Assembly (NCBI GenBank): GCA_046563655.1
Contig: CM102285.1
Location: 5,890,001-5,954,000 of the forward strand
DNA length: 64,000 nt
Source: Yuukianura sp. NJ FZ-2021
Lineage: Eukaryota
Direction of reading: 5' to 3'
Every line of letters begins with the position of its first letter. Within the stretch, counting starts at the first letter, position 1. Positions 12,726 through 25,900 of this stretch are shown piece by piece. The notes below the pieces were generated by a model. The model did not search any database, had not been told where the DNA came from, and saw only the letters and a list, made by a program, of their open reading frames with translations. The position numbers were made by a program, and so were the translations under genes.

Positions 12726-13127
12726 GGTTCCAGGTCATAGCCGCCAATCCAAAAGCGGCCAATCCCATAGGAGCCAATCAATAGCGGCCAATTTCTAAAG
12801 CCGCCAATTCCTCAGCGGCCAATCCCAAAGCAGCCAACGTCAATAGCCGCCAATGATTAAAGCCGACAAAATTAGAAACTGCTGATTATAAGGTAAGGTA
12901 ATCACCCTGCGTGGTAATTCACATTAGCGTGACCTAACCAAACAACCTATGTTAATCAAGCATAACACAACCTAAATAACCTAACCTAATTAAATTAAAA
13001 CCAGTTTTTAGTTTTGTTGGCTTTAATCATTGGCGGCTATTGACGTTGGCTGCTTTGGGATTGGCCGCTAAGGAATTGTCGGCTTTAGAAATTGGCCGCT
13101 TTAGGATTGGCGGCTATGACCTGCTAC
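12726..13127. mobile_element. Foldback Mutator-like MITE (GCCGCCAAT arrays)
   Basis: Inverted GCCGCCAAT/ATTGGCGGC arrays; 9-bp TSD ATGCTGAAG/GTGCTGAAG; absent from the homologous upstream region of copy A (about 4260). Confidence 0.8.
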
Positions 13128-14688
13128 GTGCTGAAGTGGCTTAAAAGGATTCTAGGAACGGAACGTTTTCCTTTTATTTTGGGATGTTCAATTTTGGTTT
13201 TCAAGTTTTGTGTGTATAATTTTCAAAGCATACTTTTCAAAACTTAAAGCTTTTCTGATTGGGTTTGACTAGGGAAGGGTACATACGAATTGATTAGAAT
13301 TTCGAGTCCTACATTTTCTAGTGCTCAGATTTACTAAAAGATCGGCCTGAATTTTGAAACTTGAAAGTTATGATTTAGGCGTGTAGAAAAAAAGAGAACA
13401 GAAAAAAAAGAAAAAAAGAAATAGAAAAGCTCTCCTTAGCGAAAATCTAGTAAAATACGTTGTGTATGCTATGCCGTTGGTCGTATTATGGTCAAAAACA
13501 ATTTGGCTTGGCACAATTGAATGCGTAAATGAATCCGTTCAAGGTCAATTCCTTTGCCAAAATTGCACAACACAGCTCTTGAAAAATATATCCCTCCAGT
13601 AAAAAAAAATTAAATGAGTTGTCTCCCTTTCAGTCACAAAAAAAAAAGTTAAATTGAAGGCAGTTGGTCAAAGTGTACAAAATTCTGCACTTATTTAGTG
13701 TTCCGAGTTTTTAGTGCTACTTTTTTCTACCGTGTACACTAAACAATTTTCATTGTTTTTGAAAACTGTACTTAAATGACGCATTAGATTTTTTTGGTCC
13801 AACTCAGTAATTACAAGATTCAGTGGTAGATAAATTTGAAAGTCAAGGTGATATTTTCAACATTGACAAAAACACTTCAAAACATGTACAATTGTAGGCA
13901 CTAAAACAAAATTTAGGTACGCCGCAATTGGCAAAAACTATTTCATTTTTTGAAAAATAAAGTAATTCAATTTTGGTGTTATCTTTCCAGCTAGCTAAGT
14001 TCAGAAGTTAATTTTAATTCCGACATAGTGCAACTGAACACTTTCCAGTGATACCAACAGTCAGTTTTAAGTTTCACATTTTAAAAATAACTTCTAAAAG
14101 GCCGACGTAGTTCGCTTATCGGCGACAGCCCATCCGTTCGATTTGTCTGAAAATTTGCACAGTTGATCTCGAGGTCAATATGAGCAACTTTTGTACAGGG
14201 TCCAGATGGGGCATCAAGCGGTTTGACCTCCAGGGGTCACCAAAGGTCATGGGGGTCATCCTATGACGACCCCCCTCAAGTTAGGTGTTGTTAGAAAGCT
14301 GTTGATCTGCTGATTCCAAAAATGTATGGGTATCTATACTTTGGTTCAACCGCTTAGCCGATATAGGTCAAGAAAGGTCATGCTTTCCGTTGGAGTTGTG
14401 CAACATATTTAAATGAGACATTTGTTGACCCATATCCGTTACGCGGTTAAACCAAAGTATGGGTACCCATATATTTTTGGAATCAGCAGATCAACAGCTT
14501 TCTAACAACACCTAACTTGAGGGGGGTCGTCATAGGATGACCCCCATGACCTTTGGTGACCCCTGGAGGTCAAACCGCTTGATGCCCCATCTGGACCCTG
14601 TACAAAAGTTGCTCATATTGACCTCGAGATCAACTGTGCAAATTTTCAGACAAATCGAACGGATGGGCTGTCGCCGATAAGCGAACTA

Positions 14689-16920
14689 GGGTCAGTGCAC
14701 CTAAGTGTGATCGTTTTTTCTGAGTTTCGACTTTGAGCTCCGAAATCTCTCAATCTAAACGGATTTTGACAAATCCAAAGCATCAGTTCTGAAGTGCAAC
14801 TAGTCCCCAATGGGATAAACTAATTTTTTCTTTGAATCTTGCAGCTTAACTTTGTTTTAACGAATTTTTAAAAAATTTGAACAGCCAATCACACTTTCCC
14901 CCAAAATGGGGCAAGTGTGATTTTTCTGTGGGAAAGTGTGATCTATTGAAAAGCATTATGTATTCAAGTTTTTTAATTTTACATTAACACAAAACACTGC
15001 AACTCACACGTTTAGGTATTCTGTAGGCTGTTTGACTCACTCGAAATTCCAGTGTAGTATCGGATATTCCGCATTTCTCGAACCCTTTTTTGATAATGTT
15101 CGGACTTACTGCGCTCCATGTTTTCCTGAAGATATTAGGCAAAACCTGACTTCGGTAACGTTCTATAGTTATGTCGTGCCCATTCCGCCATTATCATTTC
15201 TAGCCTAGCCTATCATTTGCAATTAACACCTTAAAAAACTAACGTCGAGCGGTTGAAGGATAGAAGTGTGAGGTTGCAATTACAAAATTGCAACATTGAC
15301 AACTTCCTTCCCCACTCCAAATCCCCATTTGCTCATCGTTTTCAGCACGTCCGAAAGTTCTTTCTCCTTGTCAATTGAAATCAGAGGTGGTAGCCTGCAA
15401 CTATTTTCCCCAACCTGCCCCGCCTGCACTGCAGGAATTTTTAGCCTGCACGCCTGCAGCCTGCAAAATTATCGAAAATCGGCAGCCTGCACGCCTGCAC
15501 CTGCAAGGCTCTTTGGCAGGCCAGCCTGCAGCCTGCGCAGGCTGCCTGCAGTTAGCCTGCAATTTTTTTATACGAACTGTAATCTGCGAAAATTTTAATA
15601 TACACTTACAACTACTGCGTAAATTCGTTTGCGTATAATGGCAATTACTCAATCACCCTCGATTATCTGTCGGTTGTCCTTTCCAAACACGTAGGGAGAA
15701 AAATTCCTAGTAATAAATTGTTTGCGACACTGCTACCTTACTTTTGGTTTGTTTAACTTTTAAAAATTCATGATCCTTGCACATAAAAAAAATCCGCAAA
15801 AGTTATACTGTCAAATTTTGCGTTGTCTACACGTGTAAGTGTAACGCCAACTTTACTTAACCATATTTCTTCTGCCTCCGGAATCATTATTTATTGTTTA
15901 AAAGCCCTATAGTGCAACTAATGTGCAGCAAAAAGTTTGCATTAGTTCCATTGACTTTAATTCTTCAACATTCCGAAGTAATTTTTCTATTCGTTTCTAT
16001 CTTTTCTTGAAATTTCTGAGAATAAAACTCTCAAAAAATCACAACCCGCAGCCTGCATGCCAACTGCAGGCGCCTGCAGAGGATTGCAGGCGCCTGCAGA
16101 GCATTGCAGGCTGAACCCGCTCGCCTGCAACATTTCCAAATAAAAACCTGCACGCCTGTAGCCTGCAAAAATCCACCGCAGGTTGAGCCCGCCTGCACGT
16201 GCTGCAGGTTGGCCTGCAACCTGCGCAGGTTTACCTGCAGGCTACCACCTCTGATTGAAATGCTTGCCAATCTGCCTCCTCCACATACGCTTTCGAGTGC
16301 TGACTTCCTGCCTTTCCTACCTTTCGTTTTCAATATGAGTGCAGTTTTTGGTAGGCCGAATTTGGAACACGGCTTTAGCAATTAGAAGTGCATTTTGTAC
16401 CGCTTCATGTGTCCAGGCGCCTCCACATCCCCTGTTTGTCTTTTGTACGTTAATTTCCTACCATTTAGTACAGAATCATAAGTTAGTTTTATCAGTTTTC
16501 CCTTCTGGTTTCGGTAATCACACTTCCCCCAGTTTTTGAAAAATCGGGGGGAAAGTGTGATTCCAGTGCTGTTAAACACTGGAGTATCGTACCACTCGAA
16601 ACTCGACGTACATTGTTACTTAACGCTTTGGAGAAGAGAATTGTCGGAACAGCTGATTCCTGACCTCAAGGTTTGACCTTTTAAATTCCAACTCTCTTTG
16701 GAAAATGAGAATTAGAAAGTAAAGTTTAGAGTTGGTCCACAAATAAAACCCACCTTTTCTTATATGCAAATTAGCTGATAAAATCCCGCGAGCACTAAAT
16801 CTTGTAGCACGTTACCCCCTGAACAACGTGTACTTTTTAGAATTTTAAAATTCATTACCCCTGTGATGCTATAAGCTGCGATCACAATTGCCCCGCAATC
16901 ACACTTAGGTGCACTGACCC
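14689..16920 (-). mobile_element. Internally deleted pogo/Tigger-like DNA transposon
   Basis: TIR GGGTCAGTGCACCTAAGTGTGAT; TA TSD; minus-strand relics LQPHTSILQPLDV (DDE_1 motif, about 15240-15280) and HTH-like KFGLPKTAL / MSKWGFG. Confidence 0.85.
15382..16253. mobile_element. hAT-type MITE nested in the pogo-like element
   Basis: TIR CAGAGGTGGTAGCCTGCA; 8-bp TSD ATTGAAAT; GCCTGCA subterminal arrays. Confidence 0.92.
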
Positions 16921-16948
16921 TACGTCGGCCTTTTAAAAGTTTTGAAAA

Positions 16949-19900
16949 ATGTGGCTGGCCATATTCCTTTCTATTTTGGGTCTCGGACTACTCGGCGTGC
17001 TTTTGTTATTTTTACACGACGCTAGGCAACGGTCAATTTATGAAGCCAAGGGCTTCCACTATTTTGGAAATGCAATGAACCGTCTTTTGAAAAATAGTTT
17101 CAAAAAAGTTACCATTTTTGATGACATTGCATGGCAGTACAGAACCTTGAAAAGTTCGGGAAAAAAGATCGGAATGGCAAAGGACTTTGGAATCACATCA
17201 TTCATTGTGACGGATCCGGACTTGATCAAATCCATTTTGGTCAAAGATTTTGACCACTTTGTTGATCGCCGTAAACTTGCAACTGGAAAAACAGATTATC
17301 TTTTTTCAAAAATGCTTTTTACGATGTCTGGCGATAGATGGAGGCAACTTAGAGCAAAAATGAGTCCAACTTTTACGACTGGCAAGATTAAACGGATGTT
17401 TAAACTTTTTGACCAAAGTGGACTCAAGTTCATAAAATTTTTGAATTCGGAAATTGAGCGAACGGGAAACGAAGAAATTGAGTTGACGGAAGGATATTCC
17501 AAATTTACGATGGATATTATTGCTTCTGCTGCGTGTGGAATTGACAGCCAAGCGTTCAACCAAAAAGAGCCATCGCTTTTTGAAAAAATGGGACAAGGAT
17601 TGCAACTGGAATTTGGTGGATTTCAAATGCTAAAATTTTTTGCAATGATTCTTCTACCGCTCAAAATCGTAGATTTACTTGGACTTTCGTTTTTTCCAAA
17701 AAATGTGAGTAAACTAAAAAATAACCACAAGAAAATTATTCTATTCGAAATACGATTTTCAAAAAACTTTGCTTTTCGTTTGTTTTTTTTTTGAAATTCT
17801 TGCAAAATATATTTTCAGTTTTATTTTGTGGTAAATTTTTAGATTCAAGATTTTTTCTCTGGAGCTGTCAAAGGAGTGATCAAACAACGCGAAACTACTG
17901 GGGTACAACGAGACGATTTTGTGCAATTGATGCTTGAGGCGAGAGCGGGAACTTTGAAAACAGAAGAAAGTGAATTGGAAGCATTTGAAAAAGACGCCAT
18001 GCTGAAAGACGCCACTGACAAAAAGGCCACCATGGCTTCTGATTTGTTAGATGATGATGGAATTGTTGCCAATTGCGTTTTGTTCATGCTGGCTGGATTC
18101 GATACGACTCAGTCGCTTCTTCTCTTCTGCGCATACGCACTGGCGTTGAATCCCGAAATCCAAAAGAAACTGCGTTCAGAAGTGGATTCCGTCTTGGAGG
18201 AAAATGGGGGGCAGTTCACTTACGACGGACTGAACAAAATGACGTTTTTGGACATGGTTATCAACGGTAGTTTTTTTTTAACTGCTGCGATTGTGATGAA
18301 AGAAAACAGTTTTTGACAAACTTTTTTTTGAAAACAACTTTTGTCTTAAGACAAAAAAGCGTTTCTAAAAAAAATTTTTTTTAGAAACGCTTCGATTCTA
18401 CCCGCCAGTGGCAGCTATGGATCGTTCTTGCACAATGGAGTACAAAATTCCTGGAACAAATCACATGATGAAAAAGGGAGAAGCGTTTATTTTCCCAACA
18501 GTTGGGATTCACAAGGATCCAGACTTTTATCCAGAACCGGAAAAATTTGATCCAGAACGATTTTCGCCTCAGCATAAAAGCAAAATCAACCCATACACTT
18601 TTCTACCATTTGGACAAGGACCACGCAATTGCATTGGTCAGTTTCACACTTTGCCATGAAATGCTTGTAATTACGAACTATGAACTACTAATTAGTTAAT
18701 TTTGAATTACAGGCATGAGATTTGCCTTGACGGAGGCCAAAGTTGTCATAGCATATTTAGTCCACCATTTCCAAATTGAACCTTCTGCTAAAACGTTGAT
18801 TCCAATGAAATTGTTGGGAGCTGAAATTAGGTTATTTTTTGTAAATTTTAGGTTTTGACTTTTGGTATTTTTTAGAATTTGAGATTTTGAGGGAATGGGA
18901 GAGGGAAATTCAAAATAGCGTTTTTTGTGTGTTATATTTTTAGGTTTTTTTGTTAGAAAAAGTAAGAAAAAGAAGAGAGTCGAATTTTAGATATTCAAGA
19001 GACAGGACCAGTAAGAAAGTGTAAAAAAAGAGTTAATTGGTAAAATAAGTTAAATAAATCGATTATTCAGTAACACAGTCTACGAACAACGAAGGATTCA
19101 GTCATTCTAGCGGGTAGCAGTTGACCATCCTTACATTTTATGGTGACCCTGGTGTAAACTGTGCACTGAAGATCAACGTTGGATACCGAGAGACGATATC
19201 CAGAAGGGAAGAACGGATCATCCGGGCCGAGTGGGACTTCCAATCATCGATTGATACAAACAACCTGCCACTTTGTGGGCCCTACCCTGAGCATTCAGGG
19301 GTAGTTGAGGTGATACCGTTCCGTATCAATATCAGCTGTAAAATTTACTAATTGGGATTTTGTGTTGTTGAATTACAAATTCACAGTTATGGATCGATCC
19401 CAACAAGAACGAAGAGTAGTCAGGATGACGGCAACGAAGACGGTGAAGGATGTTGATGCAGAACTCCAGAAGGAGACGTCGGAAGTAAATGTTAATCTCC
19501 TCAAGGCTAAACTGCTAAGAATCGAACACCTACACGACGAAGTCTGTCGTTTGGACCGAATCATCCTTGACGCCTTACTAGACAATGAATCGACAACTGA
19601 TGAAGAGTTTAACACTGAAACTGAATCTAATGAAGAGTATCTCCAGAAACTAACTATGACAAAGTTGAAGATTGAGGAATTCCTGGAGAAGCAAGAGTCA
19701 ATTCATCACAAGAGTGTCACTCCAGAGAACAGTGTGTACACTTCCGCATCTGGCAGTGCGCAGAGCCGCAAGTTTAAACTGCCGAAGACGGAACTGAAGA
19801 AGTTCAATGGAGAGCTCAAGGAATGGCTCGGTTGGTGGGCACAGTTCCAGAAGATCCACGAAGATCAAACGCTGCATGCCACCGACAAGTTTCAGTATTT

Positions 19901-22900
19901 GTACCAAGCGACTGTGGAAGGATCTCGAGCACGGGAAATCGTGGATGCCTATCCGCAGTCGGAAGAGAATTACCCAAAGGTAATTGAGGCACTGACGTCA
20001 CGATACGGGAAAAAGAAACTTCTCAAGCAGATGTACGTCAGGGAAATGCTGAAGTTAATCAACTCACCAACCAGAAAAGTGGATGGTGTGTCAACATTGT
20101 ACTACAGCCTAGATAGTCACACTAGAGCATTGGAGTCACTTGGAGTGACGTCAGAAGTGGCCACAGAGTTTTTGTATCCTATGGTCGAGTCAGCACTTCC
20201 GGAAGACTTATTGGTGGTTTGGCAGAGGCATCCGAATTACGGCAGAGATGGAAGCAAGGAAGACACGCAAAGGAGTGACTTGTTCTACATCATGGAGTTT
20301 CTCAAGATTAAAGTAGAAAATGCAGAACAACGTCAATTGGTCAAATCAGAAGCAACATCATCTCAGCGGAAAGTGGCCAACAAGCCAAAACAACACGATA
20401 AGAGCCAGGAAGATGTTCCTACGGCATACGGACTCCTGGAACAAAAAGATAAATGTCTATTTTGTGAAAAGTCGAATCACTCCTCACAAGACTGCTTTAG
20501 AGCAGTGAAGATGACACTGGAGGAGAAACGAAAGAAGATTTCGGAAGCAAGGGGATGCTTCATTTGTTTCCGGAAGGGCCACAGTGCGAAATTTTGCAAG
20601 TCTTCAGTCCGTTGTACCGTCTGTCAGAAGAAGCACTATGACGTCATGTGCCCAGATCGTACAAATGAGAAGAAGACAGAGAATAAACAAAAACAGCTGA
20701 CGACACAGGGAGCATCTGAAGCCACTGCATCTCTAAGTGAAATTAAGTGTGGTGGAGAGGTGTTACTAAAAACTGTTTTTGTTCGTGTCTTTGGTAGGAA
20801 CGGGACGAGTATGGTGGCCAGACTACTGTTTGACGAGGGAAGTCAGAGCAGTTACGTTACATCGCATGTGACTTCCGGAATTCAAAGTCAACCAATTGGA
20901 GAAGAGCGGGTCCGGAACGTGATGATTGATGGAACCATCTCAAATTGTGACCGTTTCTTCAAACACAAGTTGATTGTCAGAAGTTTGGATGGAGGACGCA
21001 CAAAGTCACTAGTCCTACGAGAACGTCCAAGAATTGGAGGTGTTCTTCCCAGTGCCAACATTGGGAATTGGATTGGTGAACTGAGGAAGCAGAACATCAC
21101 GATTTTGGATCACAGTGGCAGTGGAATGGAGAGACATGACATTGACCTGTTGGTGGGAAGTGACTATCGTGAACAACTGATGACGGGAAAACGAGTGGAC
21201 TTGAGTGACGGAGTTTTCGCTGTTGAATCAGTTTTCGGTTGGATGCTGTGTGGACCTGTGAAGAGAGCTGAAGTCGCCGCATCCGAAATGGTCATTCAGA
21301 GTTATCTCTCCGGCGACGTTTCACAACTTTGGGATCTGGAACTACTAGGGGTACACGATTCGGCAGAAAAGATGACCGAAGCAGAGAGACAAACCCAAGT
21401 CAAAACGGAATTCCAGAAGAAGGTGAAACGAGACGCAGAAGGGAGATACGTGGTTAACCTACCATGGGTTAATGAAGAGGTCAAGTCACAACTCCCTACC
21501 AACTTGGCAGTTTGCGAAAAACGGCTGAATTTTGCCACTGAAAAGTTAAAGAAGAATCAGAAGTTGGATCTCTACAGTGAAATTTTTCGAGGGTGGGAAG
21601 AGGAAGGATTCATCAGGAAGACGCAACTCGAAAAATGTTCATCTCACTTCCTGCCTCATCGACCAGTGTTCAAGATGGAGAGCACAACGACACCAGTTCG
21701 CCCTGTTTTTGATGCCTCCTGTCGTATTGGAAGATTTCCATCTTTAAATCAGTGTCTGGAGAAAGGCCCTAACATGCTGGAACTAATTCCTTCTATTTTG
21801 TTACGTTTTAGAGTGAAGAAAATTGGGGCAATCTCAGACATCCGCAAAGCTTTTCAGATGATCAGTGTTGCCGAAGAGGACAGAAGTTATCAGAAGTTCC
21901 TTTGGTGGGATAACGAGAAAGAAGACTCCCTTCAAGCCTTTGAACACTGTCGTGTCGTTTTTGGGATGACGTCAAGCCCTTTCGTTTTGGCAGCAGTCTT
22001 GGAACTACATCTGAAGAATGTACATGAGAAATTCCAAGACACCGCTACGCTTCTTCTCCGTTCGCTGTACGTCGACAACTGCGTCATCTCATTCGACACG
22101 GAGGAAGAACACAAGAAGTTCAAGCAGGAAGCCATTGACATTTTGTTAGAAGCGAAGATGGACCTCCGACAGTGGGAGAAGTCAACCGAATTTGACTTTG
22201 ACAAATTCGTCACCAATGTTCTGGGACTCAGATGGGACAAGCGTCAAGATCTTCTTTTTTGTGAAGTACCCAAGGAGCCAGACGTGAAGAAGGTGACGAA
22301 GAGAGAAGTTTTGTCTGTTGCGTCCCAAGTTTTTGATCCAATCGGTTTCACCGCACCAGCCTTAATTCAACCGAAGTTGATGCTGCAGCAGGCATGGGCA
22401 AGTGACCTTGGATGGGATGTCGAGTGGGATGAAGATCAGAAGGAGCCATTTCGTAATTGGTGTACAGAAATGGAATTTCTAGAGAAAATCAAGATCCCAC
22501 GTCATCCATTTGCTGGAGTAAATGTGAAATCAGTCCAACTTCATGTGTTCACGGACGCCAGTCAAGCCGCCTACGCCGGTGTCGTATTCGTGAGGGTGGA
22601 GAGTGACTTGGAAGTTTCAGTTCAGTTGTTGGCAGCAAAGTCACGAGTCGCCCCAATCAGCAGGGAAAACAAGAAGAAAGTGACAATCCCAAGATTAGAG
22701 TTGATGGGATGTCTCATTGGAGCAAGATTGTTCACTAGTGTCAAGGCGGCTATGACAGTGAACATCGACTCAGTTCATTTTTGGACGGACTCCACCACTG
22801 CTTTAAGTTGGATCCAGCGACAGGAGAATTGGGGAACGTTCGTCGGAAATCGAGTGAAGGAGATAGGGAAGTTGACCAACGTGAACTCTTGGAAGCATGT

Positions 22901-25900
22901 CCCTGGCAATGTCAATCCCGCAGATCTTCCTTCACGGGGATGTTCACCGAGAGAATTACTGGAATCCAAATGGTGGGAAGGCCCAGAATGGCTCAAGGAC
23001 AGAGAAGAAAATTGGCCTAGAGTCTACGCAGACGCAGAAGAACAGATCGTCAACTCAGAAAGACGCAAGACTACTCTAATTGCCAAAGAAACTGAGGTTA
23101 AGGAGCCCCGGTTTGGAGTTTACTTGCAAAATGTTCGTGTGGCTGCCTATGTGAGAAGATTTGTACAGAATCTGCGTCTCAAAATAGAAAATCGAGTGAC
23201 GTCACCACATTTTAGCAAACAAGAGATGTTGAAGGCCGAAGAAGACTTGATTCGTCAACTTCAGAAAGAAAGATTTGGTGATAAGTTGCAGTCGGCTGAT
23301 TGGAAAAATCTGGACGTGAAGAGGAGCGACGGACTGTGGAAAGTGACCTCAAGGCTCCTCTACAAAGATGACACAGAGAACTTCCGGACACCAGTTTTGT
23401 TGCCACGAGGGGATCCGCTAGTTAATCAATTGATTAACCATGTTCATAGGTCCATGGGGCATGCTGGGACTCAAGTCGTACTCGGAAAGTTACGTGAGAG
23501 ATACTGGATACAACAAGGAAGAAAGACGGTGGGAAAAGTTATTCGTCTGTGTGTCATTTGTCGCCGTCATACGTCAAAGAAAACCAATTGTGAATCAGCA
23601 CCACTGCCAAAGGATCGAGTTTCAACGTCATTCGCGTTTCAAACGACAGGAGTGGACTTAGCGGGACCGATCATACTCAAAGGAGGGACCAAGGCATGGA
23701 TTGTGCTGTTCACATGCGCAGTGTATAGGGGAGTACATTTGGACTTGGTCACCTCACTCTCCACTGAAGCATTCTTAGAATCCATTGAGCGCTTCATCAA
23801 TATCATTGGGCGTCCAAACCGGATCTACAGCGACAACGGGACGAATTTTGTTGGCGCTAAAAATCTGATGAAAGAACTCGACTGGAAGACACTAGAGGAA
23901 GAGTTCAAAGTCAAAGAGATCATCTGGACGTTCAATCCTCCAGCAGCACCGTGGTGGGGAGGATTTTGGGAACGTATGGTCAGATCTGTCAAGGAACTAT
24001 TCAGAAGAATGATGGGTAATGCAAAGCTAACCTACGAGCAGTCCCTTACTTGCATCTACTCAATCGCTGGAACAATCAACGATCGGCCATTGACGACTCT
24101 CACAGAAGATGACAACGATCTGACGCCGTTGACACCAAGGATGTTCATGCGGGACTTACCGGTTGGGTGTTTCCCAGAAGGAGATGAAATTGGAGCTGAC
24201 GGTTATAGAAAGGCGTACTCCAAACTACAGACAATGAAAACGACCCTACAAGCAAGATTTCGGAAGGAGTACTTAGCTATGTGTAGTGTATTCACACTTA
24301 TCTTAGTTTTAGTCTCACTAGTTTTAGTCAAAACTATGTCCCAGTATTAGGGTGTCCCCTCCCGGTTCCTGCTCAGCGCCCCCAACGCCCAGAGTAGGTA
24401 CCACGTAAATGTGTGCGACAGACAGAACCCACCCCTGACCCGTTTTGTACATAACACAATTGGCCTTAGTTCTAGAATAAACAATTGTTCATTGTTTACT
24501 TCAGTGTCTACTCGTTGCAAGTCATTTCGTAGACACAACATTTTTGGCGACGAGAGTCATGGCTACAATCGGTACTCTCAAACAGTTCGAGTCATCAGTG
24601 GACGATTTTGAGGTATGGTGTGATGTCTTCTATTCCTTCCTGGTTGCAAATTCTATCGATCAAAAAGAGGATGCTGATAAGTCACGGGCGATCTTCCTGT
24701 CATGTGTTGGAATCCCCACTTACACAGTCCTCGTAAATCTGATTTCGCCAGAGATGCCGAATAAGTTGAAGCTAGACAGAATCATTGAAGTCCTCAAAGC
24801 ACACTACAAGCCTCCACCAAAAGCACTGGCTGAAAGGTTCAAGTTTGCCAGTAGGAAGCAAAACAGTGGTGAAAGTGTTAATGCCTTTTTGGCTGAGTTA
24901 CGCAAGCTAGCAACTACTTGCAAATTTGGAAATGAACTAGAGTCCCGTCTTCGAGATCAGTTCATTTTTGGACTCTCCAGTGAACAGGCACAAAAAGTTA
25001 TTTTTTCCAAGGACGATGCCATTACCCTCTCCGAAACAGTTAAACTAGCGGTGGCTCAGGAAATGGCAAGTACCAGTACTTCACTCGTCCGGGAACAGAA
25101 TGGTCAATCTGCCGAACACGTGTTGAAAACAGTCTCTCAGAAGAAGAACACAAATGATGGTGGTAAAGGTCAATTCAACCGTAAGACCAACAAACCAACA
25201 ACTGGTAAAGGGAAAAAGTCGAATCAGTCAAATTCGTGTCCCAACTGTGGAAATACTTCACATACGAAAGCTAAAGATTGTCCACATAAAAACGTCAAGT
25301 GTCATAACTGTGCAAAATTAGGTCATTTTGCTAAATATTGTCGTTCTGAGTCTTCCAGTTCCAAGCAGAGATCACAGACGAACGATGTCAGTCAAGTCAA
25401 TAATGTCCCTGCTGACAACCAGGACATTATTCGGATTCAAGTGACCATCAATCAAGTCCCTCACGTAATGGAATTTGATACCGGATGTCGTCGCAGTATC
25501 CTATCAGAAGAATTCTGGAAGTCTTCACTTCGTTCTTCACCTCCACTTCAGAAGTCCAATCAATCATTCCGCACCTACACAAATGAAGTGTTTCATCCTA
25601 GTGGAAAAGTTTCAGCCAATCTGGGTTACAAAGATCAAGTGCACCATGTTACACTCAATGTCTCCAAAGGTACGTCACTTTTTGGGAGAGACTTGATTAG
25701 ACTAGTGAAACCGGAATGGAATGATATTGCTGAACAGTGTAACATTGTATCTTCTAATAAACTGAGTTTACAGTCCCTCCTTGCCGACTTCTCCGATATT
25801 TTCAGTGCTCCTAATGGTTGTATCAAGGACTATAAAGCAAAAATCGTACTGAAGGAAGATGCAGTTCCAAAATTCCTAAAGGCTCGACCGATCCCCTTTG

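Larger units (their letters stand above)
14090..16940. mobile_element. Near-perfect palindromic MITE (arms about 280 bp); right tip displaced by nested insertions
   Basis: 14090-14370 is the reverse complement of 14420-14688 plus 16921-16940 (AAAAGGCCGACGTAGTTCGC...GCGAACTA|CGTCGGCCTTTT). Confidence 0.88.

Noticed and set aside
15296..16385. Cys/Ala-rich ORFs on both strands
   Set aside because: Translations of the GCCTGCA subterminal arrays of a hAT MITE.
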